From the NCBI RefSeq assembly GCF_964355755.1, contig NC_092679.1, forward strand, positions 22,055,432 through 22,119,431: DNA of 64,000 nt. Reading direction: 5' to 3'. The position numbers and the translations under genes are program-made. Within the stretch, counting starts at the first letter, position 1. Each line of letters opens with the position of its first letter. Of this stretch, positions 14,201 through 29,200 are shown piece after piece. The DNA comes from Antedon mediterranea (taxonomy: Eukaryota; Animalia; Echinodermata). The notes beneath the pieces were generated by a model. It ran no database searches, was not told the DNA's origin, and saw only the letters and a program-made list of their open reading frames with translations.

Positions 14201-17200
14201 CTATATAATGAACGATGTTTCGTTTTAAAATTGCGTTTAAATGAAATGTTACGCTTATTTAGTACTATGGGATAATATGGATTGTTTAAATACTGTAAAT
14301 GTCAAAATAATAGAATACAAATACGATATTATTTTTGTTCCAACGGAAATCGAGACGGATCACTCCATTCGTAATTCATTCGCCCAGTGTGTTTATATCC
14401 ACGTGTTTATGATCCGCGGATGGATACTCTCTCTGAACTGTACTTTTATGTTTTGTTTAACCTTCAATTTAGTGAAGTTCAACTTTTATTAAATAAAGTC
14501 TTGCATATTTCCTAACACTAAAATGTTAATTATAATTTATTTTTATTTATAACTAAAATAACATTTATTTAAATACTATCTAATTTATTATCGCGCATGA
14601 CTAAAAAAAAAAAAAACAAGATCAGGCAAGCACATGTTATGCGTCCTCCGATCCTCCTCTCTGTTGATGACGATGTTTTAAACGACCTGAACTTGACCCT
14701 CCACCGATCCTCTGCTGCAGGTTGTTGTTACAATAGCTAATAATGGAGTTTGATGTACAGTTACGACAGTTCCAAGCCTGGATATTTTTTGTTTAAATGA
14801 AACATACTGAGTACTGTATTAATTACTTATAAAAAATTAACTTGTAATTTTAGGCCTACTACTAATACTATTACTATGGAAGGTAGTCATAATAACGGCC
14901 CGTCATCAATTAATTTTGTACACTACTGCCTGGCCGGCGATGGTGAATGTACAGCAGTCAGCAGTAGGCCTAGTTAATTTGACTTTTCGCGTCTGGCCTA
15001 GGCTTTGAGCAATTTTAATTGCTATTTTCTTTAGAAAAATTTGAATTTCAAGTATGTTTAATAATGATGATGATATTATTGTATTGGCGAAACAATCGTA
15101 TGATTTCTATTTATTCGAACTTTTCGTAGCCTGCTAGCCGTCGACGATGTACTTGTACACAGTTGAGTTTGGGAAATTCCCACACACAGTTGATCACAAC
15201 GTAGGCTACGAATGCTACGCGTAGCCTATGCACTACGAATGCTACGCCACGCAACCGCCACGCACCCGCCACGCGTAGACTACGTTACCTACGCGTGGCA
15301 AATGTTGCAGTAGTTTTTATCTGTACTGTAGCTGGTAAACATCGGTAACGTACGAACATCGTACGCGAGCTATATACCTAGCCTGACGTTGTATAGTTGC
15401 TGCATTAATTGTCTTTCTATTTTTGCCAGACTCCGTTGATACAAATTGGGGAAAACCCGGTATTTTCGCTGAAAAGTTAGGAGTCTTCCATTTGTTTTGG
15501 CCTCACGATCGATCGAAAAGTGGGCGAATTACAGGTGAAAAACAAAAATATCAATCCGCGCGCAATGCATTTTGGGATTTATAGCGGGCCGCTATAATTA
15601 TTAGAATCGACTTATTTTTCACATTTTTAACCGTTTAAAGACGAAAAAAGTTATCGCAATAGGACCATATAGTATTATTTTTACATTAAATATAGTTTGT
15701 GATCTTAAATTAGATCTAAAAAACGTAGGGAATGGGGCTTTAAAGTCTAAAGACATTTAACAGGGCTTGAAAAATAGTGTTTTACTTATAGTACTCAGAG
15801 TATACTGTACCTAAAGGTCATCTAACTAGATAGGCCTAAAGGTCAAATTTGCATTTTTATTTAAATGTTTGTTACCTTTTCTATTTAATATAGCAGTAAA
15901 CATGCTATTTTGGTCTTGTTGACAAGGTGAAAATTGTCAAAATAATCCATAGTGTATTTTAAAAAAAATATCTACCCTACTGCAGCTTTTACCGGTAGCA
16001 AAATGGAGATAGACAAGAGAGACTAAACTAAAGCTCTGTCTACACTATCAAATTAGTTTGCAAAAAAAAGTGTGATGTTCCCAAAATATGGTGGTGATAT
16101 GACATCAATATGTCCATATATTGGCATAAAGTTTGATAGTGTAGACAGAGCTTAAGTATGGGAATATGAATTGTATAAATAAAGACTGAATTGAAAATGA
16201 AAACACTAAAGGATGCACTATTTACACTGAAGACCGAGACAGCAGATAGTTTTCGCAAAAAGCTAAAAATATTGCAATACAAATTTGCTATTCAATTCAA
16301 TCCAGTTCACATTGAGGTTTGGAAACAAGTATTATCATTATTTAAATTTTTTTGTAAGGTGGGAGGTAGCGGCTGGTGAAATTAATAATAGAGTAAAGGA
16401 TGATTCTAAGCCAACAATCTGTCGCAAAAAAAGAGTCCCATACATCGGTATACATTTAAATTTTATTTTATGTCTTTTACACACATGTGGCTAACTATTA
16501 CTGGTGGTAACAGGGGCTATTTTGTGGACCAGTTCACCGGGGTAACCCCCTATTTGTCTTGAATGATGTACTGTACTAGGTTCTTTAAAGTGCACATATG
16601 TTAAACTGTATACACTGGACCTACAGTTTATAGTCCTTATCCGAGAAGACTCAGAATTGTTTTACATTGGGCATGTTTCATTTAATATCTTTAATTTTTT
16701 TTTGTTAGGCAGATATCATTAAATCCCCCTGTCTCCAGTTCCTGTGCCTATAACATGACAAATTAGGCAGCAAAGCATAGCATACATGTACCAAGTTACC
16801 AAAGTTATTAAAGATGTCAATAGGACAATGAACTCCGACATTTCTTAATTTGCTAGCAAGATGTTCTGAAAATGATACTAGCCCTGGAGCGTCTTCATAT
16901 CTTATTTCTACGTAATCATTGTCTAACTTACCTGGTTGATGCCGAGATGTTTGGCAACGCTTTCAGACACGAAAAGGATGCGACCTTTCCGAGAAATAAA
17001 GATGACAAAACCGTTAAGCGCCTAAATAGTTTGAAAGAAAGAAAAATTTATTTTTAATATCTCAAAGAAGTTCATCAAATTACTTAAGGAACCATGACAA
17101 AATTATTCTACTGCAGTTACTGCAGTAACTACATTTTGTTTACTGTTTAACATGTTTATACAATTAATTAGAAATTATTATACACACTGTTAGTGTTAAT

Positions 17201-20200
17201 TGTTAATTGCCTTAAATTCATATTTACTGCAGTAACAAATATAGCTATTGGATGGAGTAGAATAATTTTGACATCATTGCTAAAGATATTTGCATAAATA
17301 AAATATGTATGTTACAACATCAATAATTAAAACATAGTGTTAAACAATGAAACTAAAATCAGAACAAAGGTGATTATATAAAGTTATTTTATTTTTATAT
17401 GACATTAAAAACAAATACTTTGTGTGTACAGTATCAGAGATGTACAGTAGAATGGCTAGTCTAACGATTGCACAATTTAAAGTGGAGTGAGAGAAATTAA
17501 AATGGCACTTTAGGTAGTTTTTGCAGTTTTTTTTTGGACGGGTGTTGTAATTGGATTGGGTGAGCACCTTAGAGTAAGCTTAAAATTGGGTAATTAAAAT
17601 GGATATTAATATTTAGGGATTCCCATTAAAGTGTTTTACTTAAGAAAATTTTTCAATTTTCTCTTAGGATAATTTTTTAATTTTCTCTTTGCCTAAAGAG
17701 TGAATTTTGAACAGCCACACGACTTAATTGAAAACGTGGCAAAAAATAAAAAAAATAAATTATAGTAATTCTTGGTTGAAAATAACCGAGTATAATAGAA
17801 ACTCTCTAGGTGCTGAATACCTTTGTTGTTTGCTAAAAATAGAATTATTTGAAATGTACAGTACTTTATACAATTGTTAACACAATGCCTTTCAAACGAA
17901 ACCAATGAAATTTCACAATCATTTCATCCAGGTATCACAAAAATCTGACCCATTTCAAAGTAATACTTTTTATTTTATTTCTTAAACAAATCTGATAAGA
18001 GATTTTGATTGTAAAGAATATTTTTAAAGCTGAATTATGCAAATTACGTTGTTTTGTAATGAACAAACTCGAGTGCCATTTTAAGATCATCAAGTTAAAA
18101 ATAAAATCTGTTGCGCGAGGCTAACTGGAAGAGTGGATTATTGCGTGCTATTTTAGAATATTAAAAGAGACATTTTGTAAAACAACATCATAATAGAGAA
18201 AACTAGGAAAACAATGCCATGAACGTTTAATTTGTTTTATATTCTAAAGATATAAACTTCTATTACTTTAAACAATACGTATTATTTTAATTACAAAATT
18301 AACAATATTAACATATTTTGCTTGGAGCATTTTTGAAAAAAAAAAATCATTTTGCACCATAAGGTTGGTTTCACATTTTTTTTCATTTGTGATCAGTTTT
18401 ATACATTTTGTGTGTGAATGGGATGTTTGCCAAGTTAATCCAAAGTTAGTAATCATTTCAGAATTGTGGATTAGGGGTAATAATAATATGGGATTAGGGA
18501 TAATTTATATAAAGGTTAATCTGTGCCTGTGTATAAAGACAAATAACACTGTTTCATTCTAAAACTTGTTGACACTTTATTTAGCTTCAGTCACCAAGAG
18601 GGTTAAGGGAGGAGCGCCATTTAGTACCAGCAGTACAACATGAATACTGTTGTACTGTATGTATCGTCCATACACATTTTTAACATTACCTCAAGCATAA
18701 GGGCGCCCCCTTCTTCATTTCCCGATAGACTCTTCAAAAGTCTTTCGCTATCATTATCCTCTCCCTGGGCAGTGATAGCCCTTGTTTCTGATTTCGTTTT
18801 CAGTTCATCTAGAAGTGCATTTCCTTCTAAAAATTAAAACAATATTAGACAAATTAATTTATAAAACAGAAATGACAAAGAAATTATTTAAAAAGTCAAA
18901 ATAATGTTTAAACTTATGTCTACACTATTAAATGACAAAAAAGTGTGATGTGCCAATATGGACACGATGATGTCATATTATCAGTACCCTATTTTAACAT
19001 CACTATCATATTTGGGCACATCACACTTTTTTTTGTCAAACTAGTTATATAGTGTAGACAGAGCTTATATGTGTTTTTTTTTGTGTTAAAGTACCTTACA
19101 AAAGTTTAAAAACCAGAAATGGTTAAATTATTTATAAGACGTGAAATAAAAAAACAGCCATTTAATAATAGTGAGAGCAACTGCTGGTTAGAGGTCACTG
19201 ACCCGTATCCCTTATCAGGGTAAGTACAACCGCACAATGTGTACCAGACCTTGTGTATACAGCGCATTACCTTTGGGCGTGCAAACAACACACAGCATAG
19301 CTGATATTTAAAGCACAAAAGGAGAGAAATTCTACCCCTGTTTCATGGAAGGAATGTGATGACAGATGATACTGCAGATGGGGGTTTTTTTTTTTACGAT
19401 TCTATGTACTGTATTTAGATAAGTATTATTGTAAGAGAGAAATTGGCCAAGCCCATTTTGTTGTAATACTGGAGTAGAGAGAGGTTATTGAAACAAGTAC
19501 AAATGGTTCATTATATAATATTGAAATACAGGTACAAATTTGTTAATCTAAATAATGAAAAATGGTTTCACACAAAACACAGTAGAACCAGACACCATTA
19601 TTCAGGGGACACCTCTATTAAGGGGACACTTTCCCATGAAAATAATAAGAGGTAACAAGGCCAACTCCTATTCAGAAGACATAGAAATGAGATAAAGTGG
19701 ACCCTTTGTTTGGTCCCAGAGGGGTCCCCCTTTAATGTATTTGAGATCAAAGCTATTAAAAATAGCCATTAGTTTTTTCCCTTCACAATCTTTTATAACC
19801 TAATAATTAATGTTAAAGTCAATGTATAGTAAATAACTATTATTATGTGGTGGGGTGGGGAGGAGTAAGAAAAGGGAAAGCCTTAAAGGCCAGGGTGCGG
19901 GCAAAAAATTTCTATTGATCATACATTCCAATAATTATCGATCTATAATTTCCCCTATGTTTCATAATTTTTGGAATTTTATTTGTGTTGCAGGAGCTTT
20001 TTGAAAATTAGCACTTTCAAATCAGTGGGGGGATAGTTCAAATTACACAGTAAAATCTCTATTCTTTTGTACACAAATTTTGAAAATAGAGAGGCATTTT
20101 AAAAAGCTATGAAAAATAAACGGTGTGGTAAAAAATGTTATCAGATGACTAAATATAGGTAATATAACTTGAATTTTACATTTCTGTTATTTTTATTCAA

Positions 20201-23200
20201 CTTCAGAATTTTATTTACATGCTATAGCAAAAATTATCCACCGTATATCCACCATCTTTTTTCACCTTCTAGGGAGTCACCAGACATGTTATTACATTAT
20301 GTTAACTACCTAACTACTGAAAAAAAGTCTTCCTGGTTTTTTTGGCAGAATTTTGCCAAATTTTGTATTTGACCATATTAGGGAAAATTCATGGTTTTTC
20401 ATCTTGATTTCTGTTACAAATATTTTATTTATGTACAATTACCCAGATATTATATTTAAAATTCATGCCTGTACCTGAGCTTTAAAACATTGATGAACTT
20501 TGGTGGGAAGGGCTACAGTGTCAAAGCAATGATTCAAGATTTAAAGTGGAGCTACTGTACACTCAGACTTTCTCAGCTTATATTATGTTTAAGTATGTTT
20601 AATTGAAAGTGATTACATAAAAAAAACAGGGAAAATACGGAAATATTTCCCAAAAACTCATTTCTAAAAAATCGGTCAGAAAATAGTGTTTTTTAATACA
20701 TTACACTTTTTCAGTAACTTAGGCGTTATTAGTTTACAATACGTCGCGAAACGCGTTACACTTAGCAACTGACGCGATTTAGTCGCCGGTGAACGCATGG
20801 GTGGAATGTCTCCCCTTTGGTAAATTATGTGTCGAAAAATGGGGAATACATTTTATACGATTTGTTTAGGCCTAAGTAATATTTCCGATAAAAATGTCAG
20901 TATAATCAGGGAGCAACTCCCTGGTATAATTTACATGTATTGTAACCTCATGATTTGCACTGTACAACAACAGCATAATAATCTTATCAGATTGTTTATT
21001 AACTTTAAGCTAGGCCTAGCTAAGCCGTCTGCTCAGCCTAGCTAGCCTTTAATTTTTTGTCTAGGCCTAGGCTATATGCATTCATGGGTTTGAAAATTCT
21101 TGGTCGTTTCGCCCCATTTATCATTCCTGGGTTTTCTCGCACGTTAGAATTGTGAAACACAAAATCCTATACAGAACAAGAGTAGTAAAGCGATGTGGAA
21201 GCTTAGGCCTGACTAAAAAGCAACTATTCAGGCACCCTATCATGGCCCATATGGGTAGGCTGAGGTTGGGTGACAGCAGAACAAACTTCACTGCTGAGTA
21301 TCAGCCTAGCAGCTGGAGCCCAAGCAGCATCGGTACATACCTACACTCTAGTAGGCCTAGGCCTAGCTTTTTTGAATATATAGCCACATCTTTCTCAAAT
21401 CTCGTTAGATTTGACATTTTAGTAATAAGTCTCATAATCACATTATTACACTGTGAAACATGATAGGGTCACATTCAGAATGTTTTAATATACTTTTTGC
21501 CCGTCAAAAATAACATCGCGACAAAATAACAGATCGCCAGCTGCAGTAGTGTGATTGTGAAAAATGTCACGTGATCATACTCCCTAGCAAAATAAAAAAC
21601 CCAATTGGACCCGAACGGGGTAAAGTGTCTATTTACGCAAAATTGCGCAATGTATACGCGATAACTATACCAGAAATAGAAAGATCTGGAAAAATTACAT
21701 AAAACTACATTAAAAATTTTTTTTTTAGTGAAGAAATTAATTTTTTAGGATTATTCAAATATACCCCCCTTTTGCATGTAAAAGAATAGGAAATTACAAG
21801 GTATCCCCCCAAAACGCAAAAAGGCATGATTTTCAAGAAACTCGTACTCATTGAAAAAAAATTCAAAAAAATATGAAGTATGGGGGATGATATTTTTAAA
21901 TAATAGTTGAAATGTATGAAAAATAGTAATTTTCTGGGTGGAGCTCCACTTTAAATTGTTTTGTCTTGAAACTGTTTAAATATACTGTTTAATACTATTA
22001 TGATTAAATTTTGTATAAGTTTCAATTTACAGTACATTGTGTTTTGTTCTTTTAAAGTATGCCATGGCTAGTATAATATTGTATGATATCATTTTACTTT
22101 GATTATCTGCATTCCAATGAACAATATCATAATGTAAACAATGACACATTTTCAGAATAAACAACAGCTCATGCAAGGTAAACAAAAACAAAATTCAGGT
22201 AAACAATATAAGAGGAATTGTTAAACCATAATTGATAATCAGTCCTTGGTGCATAAACTTTCTTGTAGGAATGACCCACTTTTAAGTTTTAAATTATGCC
22301 ATAATTAAGCCAGTGGTGTTAGTAGTCTGTGAGTGCTATGTACTTACAGGGATAAACCCGACAATAGCCTATAATCCCCAAGGGACAAGTACAATACAAA
22401 ATAAAGGAATCAAATATATGCAAATTTTGATTTGATTTTCTTTTTAAAAGATCAACAAATTATTTAACACTCATCATCTATTTAATAATAGACTAATCGG
22501 GAAACCCTATCCTACCAATACATTTCATTGATTTTGATTATTTTTTTAAAAGATGACATTCGATAATGAACTAATCCGTAAACCACACCGCCCTACCACC
22601 AATACCAAAAAAAAAGTTGATAAAATCAAGGCAATCAAACAACAGGACACTGAGCTCGCCTTGCCAAGATACTGTAGGAACTCGTAACAGTCCTTTGATC
22701 TTATGTATGGCTGTGAAAAATACCAACAGTACTGTACTATGTACATATTCTCAGTGGCACGGTGTCTGTTAAGGGGCTTGGAACTGATCGTGTTGCAGCC
22801 ACAGATAAACCCTTTGATCTCAGGAGCTCAGCATCCTGTTGTTAAATTGCTTTGATAATATAAACATCACATACCTTTTTGTGAAAACTTTTTAATTCGG
22901 AGGTAACTCGTAGCAAGACGAATTATGGAACCTTTGTCCAACTTTGAAGTGATTTCCTCCGGAAACGGAAGGAGTTTGGAGAGAGCAGCAATCTCCACTC
23001 CTTCTTTATCGCGTCGCATTTTAGCGGCATAGCGAGATTTCTCTGCCCTGAAATGAAAGAAAAAAACAGCAATGACAATTTGTTCTAGGTTGACAGCCAT
23101 TATATTAATGTATAATATCTTAACTATTCTAAAGCTCTGTCTACACTAGATTGACAAAAAAGAGTGCCCAAATATGGTCATTGTGTCCATATATGGGCAC

Positions 23201-26200
23201 ATTATATTTTTGTTGTCGCATAAGTTTTATAGTGACTGTAACTGACACTCAAACAATTTAAAAAATCAAAATTGTTTTATGATTATAAATAAGTTCATCT
23301 AAGATGTTGCTGTGTCAAACAATTTTTGGAGTGGATTTTTGTATGACATGCAGCAACCCAATGGAAATAAAACAACACAGCATAGTGATGTGTAAACTCA
23401 TTCCATGCTTTCTCTCTTCTTAAGCCATTGTCTCCATCATTAGGTTATATGCATGATATGCATATAACCTCTTGATTCTGTCAGAATCTTGATTTATTTC
23501 TTTATTTATTCTTTCCTTAGCACTATTTTGTCCGTGAATTATCTTGATATCAGTTTCATCTATCTAAGTCAATTTTTCAGAGTATATTCCTTATGGCCAG
23601 GAATCGATGTGGTTATGTTTTCAGGGTGCGCAATCAAACATTACGCGGTCTACGCGCGATTTAACGAAATCACGTTTGTAATCATATCTTCACAAGCATG
23701 AATCACTTTTAAACAAAATTTGGTACTCATAAATTTCAGGTCATATTTCATCATATGGCAATACAATTACGTGCGTAGCGCATATAACGCATGCGTACGC
23801 GCGCTTAGAATGTTGAAAATTGTCAGAATTTATTTTCGATGAAATTAGAATACGTTTCAGGCAATTTTAAGCGTTTAAAAAATTGCCATGAGTGCGCAGA
23901 TTTTTGCACGTGCACTGCGCGTCAAACGTTAATGCGCACTGTTTTTGTCCGATTAATGTTGTATAACCTTTCTTTAATAATATCATCATATTTTATTCAC
24001 TTTTCAATGCGAAACAGCGTTATACGAGCACGTCAAAAGTGACAGGCTACGCACGTGTAAGTTAACAAAATGGTGAAAATATGCTAAATTTTAAAATTAA
24101 TATATATCGTTAGAATGCTCGGGAACACCTATTTTTTATTTAATTTTCTTGAAGTGTATGTATCATATGTATGATTTATTATGAAATTAGAAGAACAAAA
24201 GTTGATTAAGTCATCATTAATGGCATATTAAATTTAACAAAATTAATTTCGACAATCAAACAAATTATAACATTTTCTTAGGCCAAAATAACAAACTTAA
24301 CATTAACTTTCTTCCTTAAGAAGTTCATATATTAAAGTTAAAAGTATATAGTTTGACAGTGCATCATTTTTTTCAATTTTTAAAGATGTCATCATAGTAA
24401 AACATTATAATCCATTGCGGTATGTAATAATCTATCTGCACCAAAGTGGTTACTGCATAGTAAATACACGGAGGAATTTTTCTCCAACTTTTAGTCAGTT
24501 GTGTATGGCTCGATGGGCTGTGCTCGTGTCTATGCCATTCAAGGTACCGAGTTCGAGTCTCACCTTGGGAAACGAAATAAGATTTTTTTTTTATTATCCG
24601 TATTGTTTGTTCAAATTTATTTCTTAGTGTATAGATTATACACATGATTTATAATGAAATCTAGATAAAAAGTTACTTTATGTCTTTATTATTATGTAAC
24701 AACAAATGCGGTTTATGACATTATACGCAGAGGGATCTTTGATCGGATTGTGATACCGGCTATGGTGTTCGCGTTAGCAAGGTCCTATCATTTATTATAA
24801 ATAATTAAAGATTCTGAGAAAATCAATCAATCAATATATCTTTTAAAAATCAATTATCTTTATTTAAATCAATGCATATAACCTATAATTCGTCATAGTG
24901 ACGAATTAAATCTAGTTCTCATCTTAGTGTGCTATTATTATTAATACTACTGTATTTAAGGATAACAATTTACTATTTGATGACCTTCAAATAATTCTAA
25001 ACAAAAGGATAATCATTTTAAATTTCTCTTTAACGATCGGCGAACAAAAATAGAACATACGCATCAATAAATAATGAATTCTAAAAAATAACATTTTTTC
25101 ATGTGAATATATTTCTATATTATCATTCTTTTCCAATAAAACTTTGCCCACTCTTATTGAATTTAATTGCCAAAACACACAATAAAAAATATACTAAAAT
25201 TCAATACTTCAATAGACTTTTGCCCCTAGCTAGATTCTTATAGTATTTTTAATCAGTATCAGATTAATGTAATTAATCTTCTAAAATGTACATCATATAT
25301 TTAAATGCAACGTTACGAAAGATGATTTAATAATAAAAACAGCAAAACAAAATGAGTTTTCTTATATTTTACAAAATGAGTCCTGATTTTATAATATTTA
25401 TGATTTCCATTTGAATATCATATGAGAGAATTATTACATTAAATAAAGAGTACAGAAATGTAAAAAACATGACAATAAAAAACCATAAACTAAATCTATT
25501 TTTATACAAAATTCTAGGCTGCACATGAACGAGGTGACTTTACGTGTGTTCCTACGGGAATACTATAAAGGTTTCACAACAAAGAATATTACTAAATCCA
25601 ATCTCATTTAATTTCCATCTCCTCACAATCAAGACAAAAAATTATGAAATTGCATGGGATGTAAATTAGCACTTGAGTTGAATACACTTTAAAAGCGCAG
25701 ATATAATTGTTTGTGAATAACATATTTTTATAGCATGATATAACTTTGTGTGCTATTTCAATATAAACCAGTTTATTCTCCTACACTCAAATGTTTTTTT
25801 TGTGCCCCGATTTCAATATTTTCAGTTTTTAATTCTTTTCATTGTTATTTTTTTTTTTTTAAATCAATTTTTTTTTTGTCGGATTTTAATTTAATTTTTT
25901 TAGCAAATTTGGTCATTTATTATTTTACTATCTGTATATAATGTAATGCGTAGAAAATAAGTAGAGTAATTGAAGGCATCAATGAGCAATCCTAAAGTCA
26001 GACACTGTGGATGATACCACTATCTTGGAGGGGAGTTTAAAGATTGAAATAAGTTTCAAGTTATTTTCTTCTGTAAAAGAAAGAAGGGCCAATGTCGGTT
26101 TATCCATGCAAGTTAGGAACAAAACACAAAACTAGAAATCTTCATTTACACAGATTTTTACAGCTTTTTATTAAATTGAATCCAAACATCTAGGATTACC

Positions 26201-29200
26201 CAACGGTACTGTAGGTTGTTCACTTTTCAGATATTACCGTACATCTTTAAACCCATGAATTAATTAATCATTTTTGTTTTAGTAAATTATCTTTTTTTTT
26301 TACATACAGTTATCCAATTAATTAAATAAATATTAAATACAATATTTTTACAATAGTTTAGTATTTTACCTTTCTAACCAGTACATCAATTGTTCGCCCA
26401 CAATTAGCTTTTAGCATTAAACTACCAAACCCTACTCACTGTGATTCAGCACTATGCTATGCTGTTTATTAATGATTGTATACTAAAACAAGGTGCCAGT
26501 ATAAGTTGTAACTTCATTACCGTATACAGTACATTATAAATATTAAATTATATAAAACAAAATGTGTTGTGTATCCTAATTATTCACACATATGCTATAC
26601 TATCATCAAAGCATTTTTTCAGCACAAAGAAGTAGACTTAAGCTGTGTCTACATTATCAAACTAGTTTGACAAAAAAAGTGTGATATGCCGAAATATGGT
26701 AGTGATATGCCGAAACATGGTAGTGATAGACACTATCATGTCCATATATTCAGGGGACATCCCTATTTCATTGGACACCCTTATCAAATAAACTGTTTAT
26801 TGGGTACTGCAGTAAAAGGTGTGTCCTGTATCATTACCAGGTTTTTTTAAAATCATTTCTAAGAATAAGACCGTTTATTTTTGTAATTTGTTGTGAGGAC
26901 CCATTTATGAAAAAGAAAGTTTTAAATACAAATCCACTTATTACTTCATAAACAATACTTATTCTACCTATTGTAGTATTGTTGTATTCCATTATCTTCT
27001 GATAGACTTTAAAATTAGACAAAGTGCTTTTTAAGAGGGATTTCAATGGTTATTGCAGGGAACATTTTCGCCAGTGTAGCATAGCAAAAAGCTATACAAA
27101 ACAGTTTGTAGCAAAATTGCTAAACAAAATTTTTTAATGAAATTTTTCCCTTTATTGTGCTGCCCTAATTCAGCACAATACTGCAGTCGAAGTACTATTG
27201 ATATTGTATGGGTTTTTTTCCAAAGTTTATGAGGTTAATTGTATTGACTATTATATTAAATTCTGAAGCCACCACTAAAATCTAAAACTGGACTTATGAT
27301 GCGCTGTATATTGAAGGCGATCAAGCGACCTGGGCACTCTTGCAATTAAAAACATTTGCCCTGTGTGCTACAAAATGAAATGATTTATGGTTTATTTTTA
27401 AAAAAATATTTTTAACTTGATTTGAAATCATTGTACTTTTCTATTTTCATAATCCGTTTTTTCACTGCACAAGAAGAAACCAGTAGGTGCTTTTGTGGTG
27501 TTGGTAGTTGGTAGTGGTCGTGAGGTGGTTTCCCGAATGATCGTAAAATCAAAACGGTACTGGGTATGACCAACTAGCGTTATTGTCACCGGCTAGTCAT
27601 CCATTCATAGAAGTACTAATGTAGTAGCCTACCTGTACGGTGACCATAGAATGTGACCCGAGGCATGACTAACTACGACTTTTAGATGATAGAAAGTTGA
27701 GAAAAAATGTTACGAGTAGTTGTACGACATGAAGATGTTTATGAAATTATGTCAATAATGTTTACACACTAGGCATACAAATAGTAATGTTTGTTAGTAA
27801 AAATAATTTTGAGTTAATAAGAATAAGATATAAGGAAGAAAAGCAAAGAGACTATGGAGCAGCTATTCCTGAATATACAATACTAAGTATCGTAGATTTA
27901 AATTATAAATTTTCAGCGATCTTGTCAAAGGTCAAGCGCCATATAGCCTGCCACGTTTCGATATTCAATATTGAACTTGACCTTATCTGGATAACCAACA
28001 ATTTAGCCCTATCGCTCCAAAGAGAGGATACAAATAAAAACTAATTCAGTTGAGCATCCCTATTAAGAAATGGTATTTCCCACAAACTGTGCCCTCAATA
28101 GGGAGCCATTCATTTATTTTCGTAACACAGTCACAAAATAGACTGTAAAAAGTATTTTTAAACAAGAAAAAGATTTTAAAAATTAAAGGTACAACAAGAA
28201 GCTCAACAAAGGAAATTTTCTAAATTCAATTTTGTTATGAATAAAACGGCAACTTTCTGATAAACTACACAAAATTCAAATACACATTCTACATGCACTC
28301 TAATTTAAATACTTCAGATAAAGAATAAAATCGAAATAACAATAGTTTTTCGATCAATTAAAAGACTGTTTGATAAAGTGATTTGACTTCAGTGTTGAGA
28401 TGAAACAACTGCAGTAACAACAGAGACTTATATTTCCTTGAGCCTACTGGACAATATCCCGAGGCTTCTCAGCCAAGCTGTAAAAACAGCCAGGCTCCTT
28501 CACAAACAATTCTCTTAAACATGATTTTATTTCAACTTACTAAAAGCATTTTTATGTCAAGGTGAAGTCTAGAGCTTTAACCTAATTTTGTATTTAAAGT
28601 GTTTTGCATTGTCCACAGTGTTGTGCTCCGGTAGAATTTTTAAATGTTGAGTCATGTATTGTAAGAGGTATACAGTTACAACTACAGTTTACAATGCATT
28701 CTAGTAGGTATCCCAATGTAAAAATTCAAATTAATGATGGTACTTTTTCTTTCAGTTAATCAGAAGGAACTTACTGAACATAAACTTTTGCAATTTAAAT
28801 GATTAAAATCGGATTATCCATTCAAAAGTTATGGTCCGTTAAAGTGCCCAAAAAACAGTGATTTTTGCTTGAAAAATGGCACTTTTTCTAATTATATTTG
28901 AACCCATTTTTGAAGGGTTATAACTTTTATACTAATAATTTTAAAGTTCTTATTTTTTCCAAACCCATAGATACAACAGAGTTGTACAAGAATATTTTTT
29001 TTTTGGGTGTCCTCTACATTTTTTTTTTTAGATATCGCCCTCCAAAATTCGTCAGAGGGCTTTTTACGCGTGATTTTCCCAATGTCTCAAAAATGCCCAA
29101 AAAGTTCCTGTCTTTAAATGATTCATAACTTTTGAACCAATGTGTGAATTAACTTCTTTTTTTTTGCATTGCATAAAATGTAATATGTATTTTAGTAAGG

